Of a stretch of DNA of 64,000 nucleotides, positions 50,301 through 57,370 are shown piece by piece. Made by a program: the position numbers and the translations under genes. This DNA is from Ylistrum balloti. Lineage: Eukaryota. Positions within the stretch are counted from its first letter, which is position 1; the number at the start of each line of letters is the position of its first letter. The notes under the pieces are model-generated. The model searched no databases. It saw only the letters and a program-made list of their open reading frames with translations, and was not told the origin of the DNA. The stretch covers positions 930,001 through 994,000 of the forward strand of contig NW_026782015.1 in assembly GCF_031769215.1 (NCBI RefSeq), in the 5' to 3' direction.

Positions 50301-52565
50301 GGAACTGTTTCCTGCTTCTGGATAACTGGTTTGTGTTTAACAGGCAGTCTGGCATCAAAGCAAAGCCAGTCGCCATTATCAGTAGGTCGCTCCAACCGCA
50401 TCACCTCAGGTAGTGAGTCCAACATCTCCACCAAACTCCAGTAGCCATAGTCCCGAAACGACAGTTCCTTTCCATATTGTTTCTGAATATTGTAAACAAT
50501 GCATCCAATTGAAAAATATAATAACCCCAGTTTTGAACCACAAAAACCACAAAACAACACCTTTCAGCTTGACAACTGATAGTAGTACATATGTTTTCAT
50601 AGAGTCAATGGTACGGCTACAAAGTTTGTAATGAAAATTGATTAATAATTGAATCGAAGTCTAGTAATTTGCTTTACTTCCCTAAAATTAAAGTCAACAG
50701 TAGTGTGGGATATTCATATTTACTGTCCTTGTTACATAAACTTTTAAGTTCAACTGTCAAAATTATGTAAGGGCGTGTATCACGTAAATACCAGATATAT
50801 CGCTGGCAGCTGTATGGCCCAAATTCCTTCCTTTCTCTCCTCTAGAATCTGTTCATAGAAAAATCCATGTATAAATAAATAGGAACATTGTACAAGATAG
50901 CACCATAAAAACCTACCCAGCAATAGATTTTCAGGTTTTACCGTGAATTTTTGTGAAATGGTCAAAATAGTATAAAATCAAAACCTATTTTCCAAACATT
51001 CAAATGCATGCACACTTAAGAATGGAATTTATTTTAAGTTGATCAGTTACTGTTTTACTCACCTGTCTAAGGTTGTTTTGTACCACTTTGCTAACAATAC
51101 TGATATCAAATTCACCCGAGGTCATCTCCACAGACCCCCCACTAAACGTACTGTCATGGCCCAGGGATCTCCTATCTTCACTGCGGTCTCCAGTTCGTCT
51201 TCTTCCTTGTAATCAAAGAAAAAGGATATTTGTAAGCAATGAAACATTCAACAAATGGAAAACCACAGCAGTTCCCCGTTGACATTACTAAATCAAACTG
51301 AATCATTCATGTAGAGGAATTTGAAACAATCAATTAAAACCAAAATGGGTAATATTCAATAAATCATATTTATATCATGTTTATCCTTTTACTTTTTTTA
51401 AACAAATTCACATCTACTGTGTCAGAACATAACAAGTCAATTGAAGTGTTGAAATATTAGACACAATGAAATCATATTGTTTCCTGTTACGATTTCACCT
51501 CTAGCAAAAAAATATCAATCTACTGAAATAACCTCGTCCCCGTGGCGCATGAGATGCTGATGTTGGGGAAACACAAATGCCAACAGGGGAAATTGGAGCT
51601 TTGTTATTGAGGTTTCCTTGTCCTTGCATGGAAATAAAATTGTCAGGCTCCTCGCTGTGAATGTCCTCTATGAAGTCTCCTTCCTCTATTCCAGCTGGCT
51701 GGAAATTCATTTGTGATTGATCGGTCTTCTTCGTTCTGTCAAAGTTTGAAGCTTTATTGTATTTTTTAACTGATTCACTGCTGGTCTTAAAACCTCCAGA
51801 ATGTTCAGCTGCCCTCTGAAAACCCTTGCTGGGTTTTGACTTATTGTTCGGGAGATGTGGAGGCTTGTAGTCAGGAATTTGTTCCCCAGAGTTGGACCGA
51901 CTGGCCACTGATTCAATGTAAGCTGGAGCTACACGCCATTCTCCACCTTGATATTCTTTTAATTTTGCTATATCAGGAAGAGAATGCAACAGGTCTTTCA
52001 TACAATCAAAACCAAGACCAGACGGGCTAATTGGAACACCAAACCTTCGGGAAAATGCAGTGTCAAAATGTGTTAATGGTAACCCATTAGGATAAGACTT
52101 GAGAAGTTCTGTAATTTGTTTTCGTATGTATGCCGAGATATTAGGTGGAGGATTTCGTGGTGGTGTGTGCCTCTTCTGCCATCTAGATCTGTTACTATTG
52201 TAAGACCTGGGCTGTGGAGGTCGTCTAGGACGGGTAGAGGGTCCACCTTGTCGTAAAGTTGCCCATTTGTTTTTGTTATTTACTTTCTGTTTTGACACTA
52301 GTTTTTGTATATGGACAGATGCTTCTTGCGCTACTGGTGCAAGGCACATGACGCCATTTTCCCATGAAACTCTCAGAGCATCCGGCATGTCTTTAAGTAA
52401 ATCCTCAAGAGTAGTGTATCCGAATTCCCTGAAGGGGATTGGGTCGCCCATAAAATCATGATAGTCTCTCTTCAGCTCCTGTATAGTCAACGCAGCTGGA
52501 GCCGAAAGAAGTAAAGCTCTCAGCTGCTTTTTAGTCTCTTCCTTCTTCTGTGCTTTGTCAGCCAT
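1743..52565 (-). CDS. TDRD5: Tudor domain-containing protein 5-like (Tejas/Tapas family): 4 LOTUS (OST-HTH) domains, one extended Tudor-SN module, conserved C-terminal region, Q/M/P-rich tail; ~22 coding exons, ~1280 aa
   Basis: Manual splicing with GT-AG sites and consistent phases: 52565-51533, 51205-51063, 50848-50792, 50482-50290, 49634-49507, 47527-47419, 46721-46645, 45085-44892, 42827-42680, 42520-42459, 41330-41261, 38719-38639, 36365-~36276/36267, 8293-8169, 8015-7901, 6946-6867, 6605-6549, 5558-5456, 5323-5217, 3941-3814, 2790-2642, 2339-1743. Recognisable motifs: LRALLLSAPAALTIQELKRDY..IPFREFGYTTLEDLL (LOTUS), VSNVVSPGLFWIQ, AAIFPEDNNWHRC..VYFVDFGN (Tudor), KLPAQAIQARLAHLQP, VLSLVLVDTS..NDLLVTEGYA. 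Exon 13 donor unresolved; extra small exons in intron 13 cannot be excluded. Confidence 0.85.
2642..2790 (-). CDS. TDRD5: TDRD5-like exon 21
   Basis: TTTTCTACAG|CTCTGG...CCACAG|GTCAGT; 149 nt, phase 1->0; ALDPDSPEKK...LKGIPQ. Confidence 0.7.
2868..3622. repeat. Minisatellite, ~27-30-bp unit (CAGTCACATAAACCTCTCATCACAGGGATT), ~25 copies
   Basis: Direct reading of tandem units in intron 20. Confidence 0.95.
3814..3941 (-). CDS. TDRD5: TDRD5-like exon 20
   Basis: TTCTTCTAG|GAAAAGG...CGTAAAG|GTGAAA; 128 nt, phase 2->1; KRILQNLMTHPEDMENDMNQLKEVEDQISVLRDMQDQQRQRK (coiled-coil-like). Confidence 0.75.
4070..4335. repeat. Tandem repeat, ~72-bp unit, ~3.5 copies
   Basis: ACACTTCAG recurs at 4094, 4166, 4239, 4311. 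Confidence 0.9.
4345..5216 (-). repeat. 42-bp minisatellite derived from TDRD5 exon 19 end + donor, ~21 copies
   Basis: Minus unit CAGTCTCCAGCTCCTACAGTTCAAACG|GTAACTATAACAACA vs genuine junction CAGTCTCCAGCTCCTACAATTCAAAAG|GTAACTATAACAACA at 5217. Confidence 0.95.
5217..5323 (-). CDS. TDRD5: TDRD5-like exon 19
   Basis: TTTTTCAG|GGTGAG...AAAAG|GTAACT; 107 nt, phase 0->2; GEDYPDSESQASEDLSDFQVSLEDIQLSLQLLQFK. Confidence 0.75.
5456..5558 (-). CDS. TDRD5: TDRD5-like exon 18
   Basis: CTCTTTGTAG|GGTGCC...TGGAAG|GTATGT; 103 nt, phase 2->0; VPFILDLFEHQCQELRTNVKELIQMFDPCDPYWK. Confidence 0.8.
5975..6450. mobile_element. Fragment of bivalve-type interspersed repeat (HINE/MITE-like)
   Basis: Internal ~150-bp recurrences of TTTGACCCC..TGACCTT..GTCAAAGT and a terminal CAGACAAACAGAC microsatellite-like tail, as in the elements at 41520 and 43440. 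Confidence 0.4.
6549..6605 (-). CDS. TDRD5: TDRD5-like exon 17
   Basis: TATTTTAG|ATGTGG...CAACAG|GTAAGT; 57 nt, phase 2->2; CGVFQDNEKKSISLYELN. Confidence 0.8.
6867..6946 (-). CDS. TDRD5: TDRD5-like exon 16
   Basis: TATATTTAG|CTGGAA...CCGTCA|GTAAGT; 80 nt, phase 0->2; LEQQNIPVSRLTLRQDKYPEVFEDLR. Confidence 0.8.
7040..7900 (-). repeat. 76-bp minisatellite derived from TDRD5 exon 15 end + donor, ~11 copies
   Basis: Minus unit ...TGGGAGGCTGACATCCTCCAAGATGAG|GTAAGTTACTGTCCTCTCTGTCAG... vs genuine TGGGAGGCAGACATCCTCACAAGCATG|GTATGTTACTGTCCTCT at 7901. Confidence 0.95.
7901..8015 (-). CDS. TDRD5: TDRD5-like exon 15
   Basis: CCTGTATTACAG|AATCCA...AGCATG|GTATGT; 115 nt, phase 2->0; IQLTGEHIVNLINLNDTAYLMSGEISGFFWEADILTSM. 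Confidence 0.8.
8169..8293 (-). CDS. TDRD5: TDRD5-like exon 14
   Basis: TTTTATGTGTAG|GTGCCA...CAACC|GTAAGT; 125 nt, open only in phase 0, ends phase 2 matching exon 15; VPDYSYVYEKGFKPKVGVEQPVQPQVQNKIETRELSRRFVQP. Confidence 0.75.
11940..12350. repeat. Minisatellite, 51-52-bp unit, ~8 copies
   Basis: GGCTCTCTTTGGTAGTAACAGGGGGACACATGAGGACAGTTTCTGTAAACAA repeated. Confidence 0.95.
14795..15530. repeat. Minisatellite, ~68-bp unit, ~11 copies
   Basis: ACCACAGCTAGCTGTACTTCAATATCTGGTTAATGTTATGGTCAGGACCATTACAACCAACTCTCAGC repeated. Confidence 0.95.
15531..16270. repeat. Minisatellite, 39-40-bp unit, ~18 copies
   Basis: GTTACACTGGACTGTACAGGTGTGT(C/T)AG(GTTTACTGTG/TTAAAACTGTA)G; abuts the 68-bp array with no spacer. 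Confidence 0.95.
17135..18500. repeat. Minisatellite, 30-bp unit (TAAACCCAGTGGGTAGACCATGGTGTAAAC), ~45 copies
   Basis: Homogeneous core 17560-18460 with degenerate edges. Confidence 0.97.
20040..21500. repeat. Minisatellite, 50-bp unit, ~29 copies
   Basis: CAGATTAATA(A/C)TGAAGTAGTTACAGAATTTTCCTGTGTACAGTAACATTT; degenerates after ~21100. Confidence 0.97.
23066..26445. repeat. CA-rich minisatellite, 40-42-bp unit, ~80 copies, with higher-order blocks
   Basis: CACTACACCCAGCCTCCACCCAACAACATACACAGGTCTGAC; marker variant CCCAAAAAC recurs at 23464, 24028, 24607, 25190, 25482. Confidence 0.97.
26794..29028 (+). CDS. TRIM-NHL-type E3 ubiquitin ligase (RING C3HC4, B-box1, B-box2, coiled coil, NHL repeats), 744 aa, single coding exon
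   Basis: CKLC..PKYLPCLHTFCLKC..CPTC (RING); CSTC..HCVTCDNFLCKTCSDSH (B-box1); FCVDCDMSVCADCHIANHGDH (B-box2); helical E/K/Q/L-rich segment; PQCIVCDDKRRRFYLADSGSHSVISF and GPDMVAFDKYGNVIVTDKREGRI (NHL). Real ATG at 26794 (ATCATGG) just after an acceptor TTTCAG|AG at 26781; the track's GTG start at 26749 is intronic. Confidence 0.92.
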   Translation: MESSEQTELVIPRQFLCCKLCDDDLKKPKYLPCLHTFCLKCMEEHILSNTDSDGYFPCPTCATETTLSSESVDNLPSNILAMRLLNPVTEQTTCDMICSTCKNSGNFVDAESHCVTCDNFLCKTCSDSHDSQDETSAHKTQSMDDYNRRTPSNPKQGEIIPTCCSNYDPIDIGALFCVDCDMSVCADCHIANHGDHRCTELMAVANNFEQKIQEPLSELDNDHDILMETLRNLDKKQMTAEKMQKSLTDNVKRRTQVLCGLIQNYERLLLEEIGKRHHQQLQEIKNQKYDMKTHLSAIKGVKDFTETLRNYGTYEEKVYMRKKVGFRIRELCEEPLLPETKEILDLKLTEPHVTVETICDMFGELKEVGAPETKTPGLEDSLSASYNLSHALDSGHGSDNDPELVEILNSAIANGMLSQSHSGSDTDMLGASNTSENMRNVKFSEEVTESEYETDLGYNLENPKREFVLPPGIQRECFKGMGVNNNGDIIVGTTCKDHQSIYVLEKHGILRGQVPVENGWNIHSVSSDGKVALTVPRGDNRFKVRVLTNDGSGHALTDSHVESFGLNFVTADKNGRLMITSNRYAQIRKSHGKSAKSGGNVAVFERDGHLMQRITNEDFQEAGMYLLEKPQCIVCDDKRRRFYLADSGSHSVISFEQDGQLVFQYGNTDTEDEVYQGPDMVAFDKYGNVIVTDKREGRIDILSSKGDLKKSYFMDDIPRFVGATPDKLLMTAMTDGSVKFYEYL
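30190..30195 (+). promoter_or_regulatory. Candidate polyadenylation signal of the TRIM gene
   Basis: AATAAA ~1.16 kb after the TRIM stop in AT-rich sequence; not unique, other AATAAA exist nearby. Confidence 0.3.
31110..31460. repeat. Tandem repeat, 64-bp unit, ~5 copies
   Basis: AAATAAGCAGGGAAAGAAGTCA(T/C)AGTCACCACAGCTAGAGATAAATTAACACTGACGGAGTTCA. Confidence 0.9.
32595..33895. repeat. Minisatellite, alternating ~62/75-bp units, ~18 copies
   Basis: CCTACAGATAATGGGTAGGTCCCCTTCTGTCAGA(T/C)TACCC..CACACTT(A/T)ACCCTGACA with optional 13-bp insert. Confidence 0.95.
33895..35890. repeat. Imperfect tandem duplication of ~0.9-0.95 kb unique-like sequence
   Basis: Matching anchors: GATCCCTCTATA 34059/34948; AGCAAATGCTAGAACTG 34321/35245; CCATGTTTTTTGATCAAATTGGG ~34761/~35708. 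Confidence 0.9.
36276..36365 (-). CDS. TDRD5: TDRD5-like exon 13 (end of extended Tudor/SN fold); 3' boundary uncertain
   Basis: TTGTTTGAAG|GATCGT, phase 0; DRVLSLVLVDTSTSLDVVLNDLLVTEGYAK follows naturally from exon 12 LIALASFEM. Only weak phase-0 donors (AAA|GTGGAG 36276, GAT|GTTTGA 36267) before an in-frame TGA at 36263-36261. Confidence 0.7.
36366..38580 (-). repeat. 42/47-bp minisatellite derived from TDRD5 exon 13 acceptor + exon start, ~45 copies
   Basis: Minus unit GATGTTTGATCTATTGTT(T/A)GAAG|GAT(C/T)GTGTACTGTCTCTAGTGTTT; last copy runs directly into the true exon (GAAG|GATCGTGTACTGTCGCTGG). Confidence 0.95.
38639..38719 (-). CDS. TDRD5: TDRD5-like exon 12
   Basis: TCTTTACAG|AACTGG...GAAATG|GTATGT; 81 nt, phase 0->0; NWTLNARNRFLNVVTNRPLIALASFEM. 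Confidence 0.85.
38875..39135. repeat. Near-perfect 37-bp tandem repeat, ~7 copies
   Basis: TAGGGTGACCATTATAACCCCATCAGTACAACACCCA. Confidence 0.97.
39385..41260 (-). repeat. 41-bp minisatellite starting at the exon 11 donor, ~16 copies, split by a DNA transposon
   Basis: Minus unit GTAAGTGTACTG(T/C)TGTACTTTAAGCATGGAACTGTGTGGGA; first unit is the real donor GAG|GTAAGTGTTCTGCTGTATG at 41261; array occupies 39385-39690 and 40890-41260. Confidence 0.9.
39693..40887. mobile_element. Non-autonomous TIR DNA transposon, TA TSD (Tc1/mariner-pogo, Tc2/Kanga-like termini), copy A
   Basis: TA-CCGTAAATATTCGCGTATAGTGC ... GCACTATACGCGAATATTTACGG-TA (23-bp perfect TIR), subterminal GCGTATAGTGCGCA repeats; no transposase ORF. 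Confidence 0.9.
41261..41330 (-). CDS. TDRD5: TDRD5-like exon 11
   Basis: GTTTTTCAG|ATCAAA...GAGGAG|GTAAGT; 70 nt, phase 2->0; SKLLKLPAQAIQARLAHLQPLEE. Confidence 0.9.
41520..42310 (+). mobile_element. HINE-like (non-autonomous Helentron-associated) element with ~150-bp internal tandem repeats
   Basis: Four imperfect recurrences of AAAGGGCAATAA(C/T)TCTGTAA..GGTACACTGC..CAAGTTTCATTATCCTA, followed by GGACAGACGGAC microsatellite; architecture is that described for bivalve HINE/CvA-pearl elements. Confidence 0.55.
42459..42520 (-). CDS. TDRD5: TDRD5-like exon 10 (Tudor core)
   Basis: TTTCTTAG|GTGTAC...CTTAG|GTAAGT; 62 nt, phase 0->2; VYFVDFGNTLLVHRRNIRLL. Confidence 0.92.
42680..42827 (-). CDS. 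TDRD5: TDRD5-like exon 9 (Tudor core)
   Basis: GTTTCAG|GAAGTT...GTGGAG|GTAAGT; 148 nt, phase 2->0; KLYCSAEGDQYKVPDYLLIVGQIVAAIFPEDNNWHRCVVSALNVDKYVE. Confidence 0.92.
43440..43590 (+). mobile_element. 3' fragment of HINE-like repeat
   Basis: TTTTATGTTGATAACTCTTATAGTTTTTGTGTTATGCTTTGGACAAAA followed by GGACAGACGGAC tail. Confidence 0.4.
44892..45085 (-). CDS. TDRD5: TDRD5-like exon 8 (N-terminal part of extended Tudor)
   Basis: ATATTGCAG|GACAAA...TTAGA|GTAAGT; 194 nt, phase 0->2; ..LELPPLNEYIEIFVSNVVSPGLFWIQLRGKRTTLALEKCMNELE. Confidence 0.92.
45335..45630. repeat. 50-bp tandem repeat, ~6 copies
   Basis: ATTAACCTGTCACATTATGTCTTAATTCATAGTATGGTGCTTGTGTTTTA. Confidence 0.95.
45635..46440. mobile_element. 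MITE with TTAA target-site duplication (Kolobok-like termini)
   Basis: TTAA-GGATGTATTCCT ... AGGAGTACATCC-TTAA: 12-bp TIR with one mismatch, AT-rich non-coding interior of 806 bp. Confidence 0.75.
46645..46721 (-). CDS. TDRD5: TDRD5-like exon 7
   Basis: GTACCGACAG|GTTGTA...GATGAG|GTAAGA; 77 nt, phase 1->0; CMLVYALNTGKPPRRDLIINPPQDE. Confidence 0.8.
47419..47527 (-). CDS. TDRD5: TDRD5-like exon 6 (LOTUS 4, second half)
   Basis: TTTTGTTACAG|GAATTG...GAGACG|GTAATA; 109 nt, phase 0->1; ELTGEVLPFRELGYDKIEFFMIPLTDSVVHLEYKGD. Confidence 0.88.
47737..48916. mobile_element. Non-autonomous TIR DNA transposon, TA TSD, copy B (same family as 39693-40887)
   Basis: TA-CCGTAAATTTGCGGGTATAGTGCGCA ... TGCGCACTATACGCAAAAATTTACGG-TA; interior collinear with copy A over its full length, same orientation. 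Confidence 0.9.
48990..49018 (-). mobile_element. Short SINE-core-like fragment
   Basis: Revcomp GTTGTGTCCTTCGTCAAGACACTTAACCC resembles the GTTGTGTCCTTGRGCAAGACACTT motif common in metazoan tRNA-derived SINEs; too short to be sure. Confidence 0.3.
49100..49506 (-). repeat. 62-bp tandem repeat derived from TDRD5 exon 5 end + donor, ~6 copies
   Basis: Minus unit CTAGAGGTGTGCTTCTCAATGAGTTTTCCAGTCTATATAAG|GTAAGGCGTACAGGTGTAATG vs genuine CTAGAGGTGTGCTTCTCAATGAGTTTCCCAGCCTATATAAG|GTAAGGTGTAAAGG at 49507. Confidence 0.92.
49507..49634 (-). CDS. TDRD5: TDRD5-like exon 5 (LOTUS 4, first half)
   Basis: CTTGAATAG|AGATAC...TATAAG|GTAAGG; 128 nt, phase 1->0; EIHSKGRYSSRGEFDSQLEEKIRQVLQCKPRGVLLNEFPSLYK. 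Confidence 0.85.
50290..50482 (-). CDS. TDRD5: TDRD5-like exon 4 (LOTUS 3)
   Basis: AATATTCAG|AAACAA...AGAAGAG|GTATGT; 193 nt, phase 0->1; KQYGKELSFRDYGYWSLVEMLDSLPEVMRLERPTDNGDWLCFDA. Confidence 0.9.
50792..50848 (-). CDS. TDRD5: TDRD5-like exon 3 (LOTUS 3)
   Basis: CTATGAACAG|ATTCTA...TATCTG|GTATTT; 57 nt, phase 0->0; ILEERKEGIWAIQLPAIYL. Confidence 0.88.
51063..51205 (-). CDS. TDRD5: TDRD5-like exon 2
   Basis: TTTGATTACAAG|GAAGAA...AGACAG|GTGAGT; 143 nt, phase 1->0; RRRTGDRSEDRRSLGHD..ISIVSKVVQNNLRQ. Confidence 0.85.
51533..52565 (-). CDS. TDRD5: TDRD5-like exon 1 (LOTUS 1 with C-terminal extension, LOTUS 2, disordered linker)
   Basis: ATG in ATAATGG context; KKQLRALLLSAPAALTIQELKRDYHDFMGDPIPFREFGYTTLEDLLKDMPD..ASVHIQKLVSKQK (eLOTUS) and IRKQITELLKSYPNGLPLTHFDTAFSRRFGVPISPSGLGFDCMKDLLHSLPD; donor GAG|GTTATT, phase 1. 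Confidence 0.9.
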
Positions 52566-53454
52566 TATTGAGGCATGTGTTTATCGTATAAACATATACT
52601 TGACATTCATTCCCGCCACCTCCTACTTTCAATTTGATGAAGTGACCACGTGAATTTTTCGCTACAATAACGTAATATGTAAATACAATAGTCCATGCAA
52701 ACTTTTGCTAAAATTCCTTAACTCCGTTCAACTGATAAAACTCATGGAAACAAAGTATCAAAAACAATTAGAACTTTCAAGTAGGCATTATGTTCCTCAC
52801 GGTCTTCCGTCTGCTGAGCTCGTCTATAAAAGTACGAAAATACGGATGTCAATGTGACACAGCGAAATTCAAACAGAAACCGGATTGCGGAACTGCCATA
52901 AAAATTAACGCTAAAGGCAAAATATATTTCAAGATTTTTGGTGGACATGAGTAGACTAGAACGTTTTCATTTTGCCTTCCAAGCTATATGTCGAGTAAAT
53001 AAAACTAAAACAGCCATACGCTCGTTCATACCACGAGAACGTGCTCATTTTTTTTATATCGTGATCACTACATTTGGGTATGGTAACGTAATGATCACAC
53101 CATTCCGATCATGTCTAAAAGCCACATTTAGATTTGTCCACTTTTTGTATTTATATCTGAATATTGTTGTAATCCCGTTGTGGACAAAATGATGTCAAAT
53201 GTGTTATAAAGACTCCATGTCGGCTTAATTTAGCTAACGGTACACATCTAACATGCTTCTGAACTTAACGTACAGTAAACTTGTAGGTGGGGTGGGTAGG
53301 GGCTCCTATCCATGCCCCTACCCCTTGGAACATTAGTTCCTTGGTCCCATTCCCACCACTTGGGACATAGTTTCTGGGTTATATCTTTGAAACAGTTAAG
53401 ATCCTCGCTCCATAACAATATATAGCATTGCTAGACACCAAAAGACCAACACAA

Positions 53455-53589
53455 TTTTTTTTTTTTTTTTTTATTTTTTTATTTTTCAAGAGTTTTTAAT
53501 GTACATAACAATTACATCAACAAAACATCATCAAACATACAACATACGATATGCTCACTCACACATCACCATAATCTTGATTAAGTTGT

Positions 53590-53620
<31 letters not shown>

Positions 53621-53736
53621 CCACCATCATCGCCTGCATTTTCATCAACACCCTTACTAACATCACAACACTACCCTTACACACCCACTCCTACACATAC
53701 ATCAATACTACACATAAAGATAAAGAGGAGAGAAAA

Positions 53737-53780
<44 letters not shown>

Positions 53781-54010
53781 GGGGGGAGAGAGAGAGAGGT
53801 GATCTGGGTTAGTAAAAATTGCAATAATCCGAAACCACTTGGGACTGGTAAATAAATAAATAAATAAATACTATAAGGGTAAGCAAGGGGCCTTATATAA
53901 AGACAGAGAATTAAAATAACATAAACAGTAAATGTATTTAAAGTTAAGAATTGGCCAATTTAAGATCTCATTAAAACTTAACTGTGCCTGTTCACCTTTA
54001 CTATTGGCAT
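53455..54010 (-). mobile_element. Possible 3' end of a LINE/retroposed fragment with microsatellite cluster
   Basis: Long T-run (poly-A tail on minus) at 53455-53485 followed by (CAT)n, (GA)n and (TAAA)n tracts; no clear TSD or RT motif. Confidence 0.3.
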
Positions 54011-54984
54011 AAAAACAATATATAGCATTGCTTTGTGTAGACATGCCTTATATATGTAATATTTAATGATAATTAAAGACAAACACAATTTTGATTGATC
54101 TTTGAATTGGCCCTGGTTTCTGGCCCTACCCATCGGGAGTTAATTTCGCGATTATATCTTTGAAACAGCTGAGATCCCCACCCCATGACCATATATAGCA
54201 ACTGCTAGTCATGCTATAATCTCTGTCATGATGTAACTTTGTACACAAAGCAAACATAAACATAAATGTGCTTCTATATAAAAAGAAAGTAAACAAGGAT
54301 TAATTACGCATTATCACTCATCAACAGCATTGTAAATCAAACCAGGACAAAACGACAAGTGTGGCTTGCCAAAGGCAACCACTTGTGTCTTTCTTCACCC
54401 TCGCAAAAATACAGCTTATATTATAAGACATTAATAATGTATTCTTTATGTATTTGGTCAGGTTTTACCACTTCATCAAGTTTAGGCATGTTCGTACAGC
54501 GTGTATTTGGACTGGCAGATTAGTTTTCATGACGTCACCAACTTTCGGCATGCATGTATTTTGACAGTTCTGATAAGTTTCGTGACTTCATCAAGTTCGG
54601 AATGCTTGCAAAGTGTGTATTTGCATCGTTGGGTTATGTTTTTATGATGCCATCTTGAAATATGACGTCTTGAAAGATTTACATAGCAGGTGTCCTCAAT
54701 AAGACATTGAAGACCTTCACTCTTTCGGAATTGCTGGTCTTATTCTTGCACTAGTCTCTGTGTAAATCTTTCTTTTCTTCATATTTTGCCCCAGCTTTAT
54801 TGAACTTGAGTTTGGATTATGATTTTGTTGACATTTTTATATTTTGTTCTTCTTTGGTTTGATGGAATAGTTTCTTCTGGTGTTCTCCAGTTCCTCCTGT
54901 CTTGGAATGGGGTCCTATTAAGACATCCTTTCAGGGAGCCTGTTTTGATGATTGCTTAAAATAACTTTTGAATCAGATTTGATT

Positions 54985-55470
54985 CTATGTTGTCCATTTG
55001 TCATTATTTGTCATAGTTTGACACAATTTCCCTTGATCTGGCAGCATTTTGTCAGAATTTGTCTCAATTTGTCAGCATTTGTCATAGTTCATATCACTTG
55101 GTCATAATTTGTCAGTTTGGCATCATTTTGTCAATTTGCCATCATTTTGTCTGTAAAATTTGACTTCATCTGTCATCATTTGAATTATGAATTGTCATGA
55201 GTTGTCTACGTTTTCTCATAATTTTCAATTATTTGCTATCATTTTGTCATAATTTTTCTTGATTTCTCATCATTTTCACTATTTTTTTGCTCGTTTTACT
55301 ATATTTTCTAACTTATTTTGTGACTTCTTTGGTAAATTTTGTTCTACATTTTTTCATTCGTTTTCTTCCATGTCATATCATTTTTTCACTCATTTTTAAT
55401 GTCATGCAAAAGTTAATAATATTTTAAGCAAAATGATGACAAACAATGACATTCTATGACAAAATATGGC
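54985..55470. repeat. Low-complexity TTTGTCA/TGACAAA-rich region
   Basis: Scrambled TTGTCAT motifs to ~55400, then reverse-orientation TGACAAA motifs 55430-55465. Confidence 0.6.
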
Positions 55471-56379
55471 AATTGTGCAACATCAGAGCTCTCTGTGTAG
55501 TCCACATCTGGTTCACCGAGAAAATGCCCTGTCGCTCTCAAAGGAACTAGAGAGTTTGTTACATCTGTTTACAACTGATACAGCAAGACAGGAACCAGAT
55601 AATTCATTACAAAGATATTCTATCACTCCCAAAGTAACCAAAGAATTTGTTACAATCTTTTCACAATATACAGTAACAAGGAACAGACAGAAGGACAGAC
55701 AGAAACAGGTGTGTAACACCAGCTGTAGACATAAGAACAGAAACCAGATGATAAAACACCAGAATAGACAGATGTATATTGAACAGTATCGTGTAACATA
55801 AGAGGTAACTCCATGTAGTACTTTTCATTCACCATTTATTTATAACATTTATAATTATGTATTCAGAACTCACATGTCCTGGTAACAGGTGTTGTAAATC
55901 ACATGAAATCTTGTAACTTGTAGTGTTACAGTGATGATAAATGTACATTACGATGTTATAACGACAGCATGTAACATACATGTATAATATCGGTCTAAAA
56001 CCATGGTTCACCAAAGAATGTGATGAATGATAGATTATATATTTATACATTATTCCAGAAAAACGGGCATTTCAGTATTTTAAATTAATTATTTCAAGAC
56101 CATATGATTCTTAGCACTTCAAGAGACTTTTAAACTCTGTTTCCTCTGAACCTTTATTCCTCTACCCTATGGCTAGTACAATATTTAAAGTAAGTCAAAT
56201 TAAAGTAAAGCATTATTTTCCCACAACCACATTACTTTTTACAAAATACATATCCACACATCCATCACAAGGGTCTCTGTCCTGGACTGATAGTGTTGAG
56301 TAAGTGTTTATCTCTTAGATATTCTCATTTAACTGTGAACAGTACATACATGTTCCTAAAACCTCAGCCAGCATAACCA

Positions 56380-57370
56380 GACTTTCTTAAACTTACACAC
56401 AGCTTACACATGTACATACACAGTTTAAATGTGTACCAAAAGCTAAGCCATTATATCCAGTCATTTCAAAATCTTGAACAAAGTTTACACATGCATTTAC
56501 CAAAACCTCAGCCAAAACATATCCAGACTTTCCTAAACTTACACACAGTTAACAAATGTACTTACACATAATTTAAATATGTACCAAAACTTAAGCCAAC
56601 ATATTAAGTCTTTCCAAAACTTACACACAGTTTAAATATGTAGCTACACACAGTTTAAATATGTACCAAAACCTAAGCCAGTATATCAAGTCTTTCCAAA
56701 GCTTGCACACAGTTTACACATGTAGCTACACTCAGTTTAAATATGTACCAAAACCTAAGCCAACATATTAAGTCTTTCCAAAACTTACACACAGTTTAAA
56801 TATGTAGCTACACACAGTTTAAATATGTAGCTACACACAGTTTAAATATGTACCAAAACCTAAGCCAGTATATCAAGTCTTTCCAAAGCTTGCACACAGT
56901 TTACACATGTAGCTACACTCAGTTTAAATATGTACCAAAACTTAAGCCAACATATTAAGTCTTTCCAAAACTTACACACAGTTTAAATATGTAGCTACAC
57001 ACAGTTTAAATATGTAGCTACACACAGTTTAAATATGTACCAAAACCTAAGCCAGTATATCAAGTCTTTCCAAAGCTTGCACACAGTTTACACATGTAGC
57101 TACACTCAGTTTAAATATGTACCAAAACCTAAGCCAACATATTAAGTCTTTCCAAAACTTACACACAGTTTAAATATGTAGCTACACACAGTTTAAATAT
57201 GTAGCTACACACAGTTTAAATATGTACCAAAACCTAAGCCAGTATATCAAGTCTTTCCAAAACTTGCACACAGTTTACACATGTAGCTACACTCAGATTA
57301 AATATGTACCAAAACCTGAATCAATGTACCCAGTCTTTCCAAAATGTATACACAGTTTACACACGTACTT
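56380..57370. repeat. Compound tandem repeat with 187-bp higher-order period (~4 copies plus degenerate flanks)
   Basis: TAGCTACACACAGTTTAAATATGTACCAAAACCTAAGCCAG recurs at 56641, 56828, 57015, 57202; built from ~21-bp and ~75-bp subunits. Confidence 0.92.
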
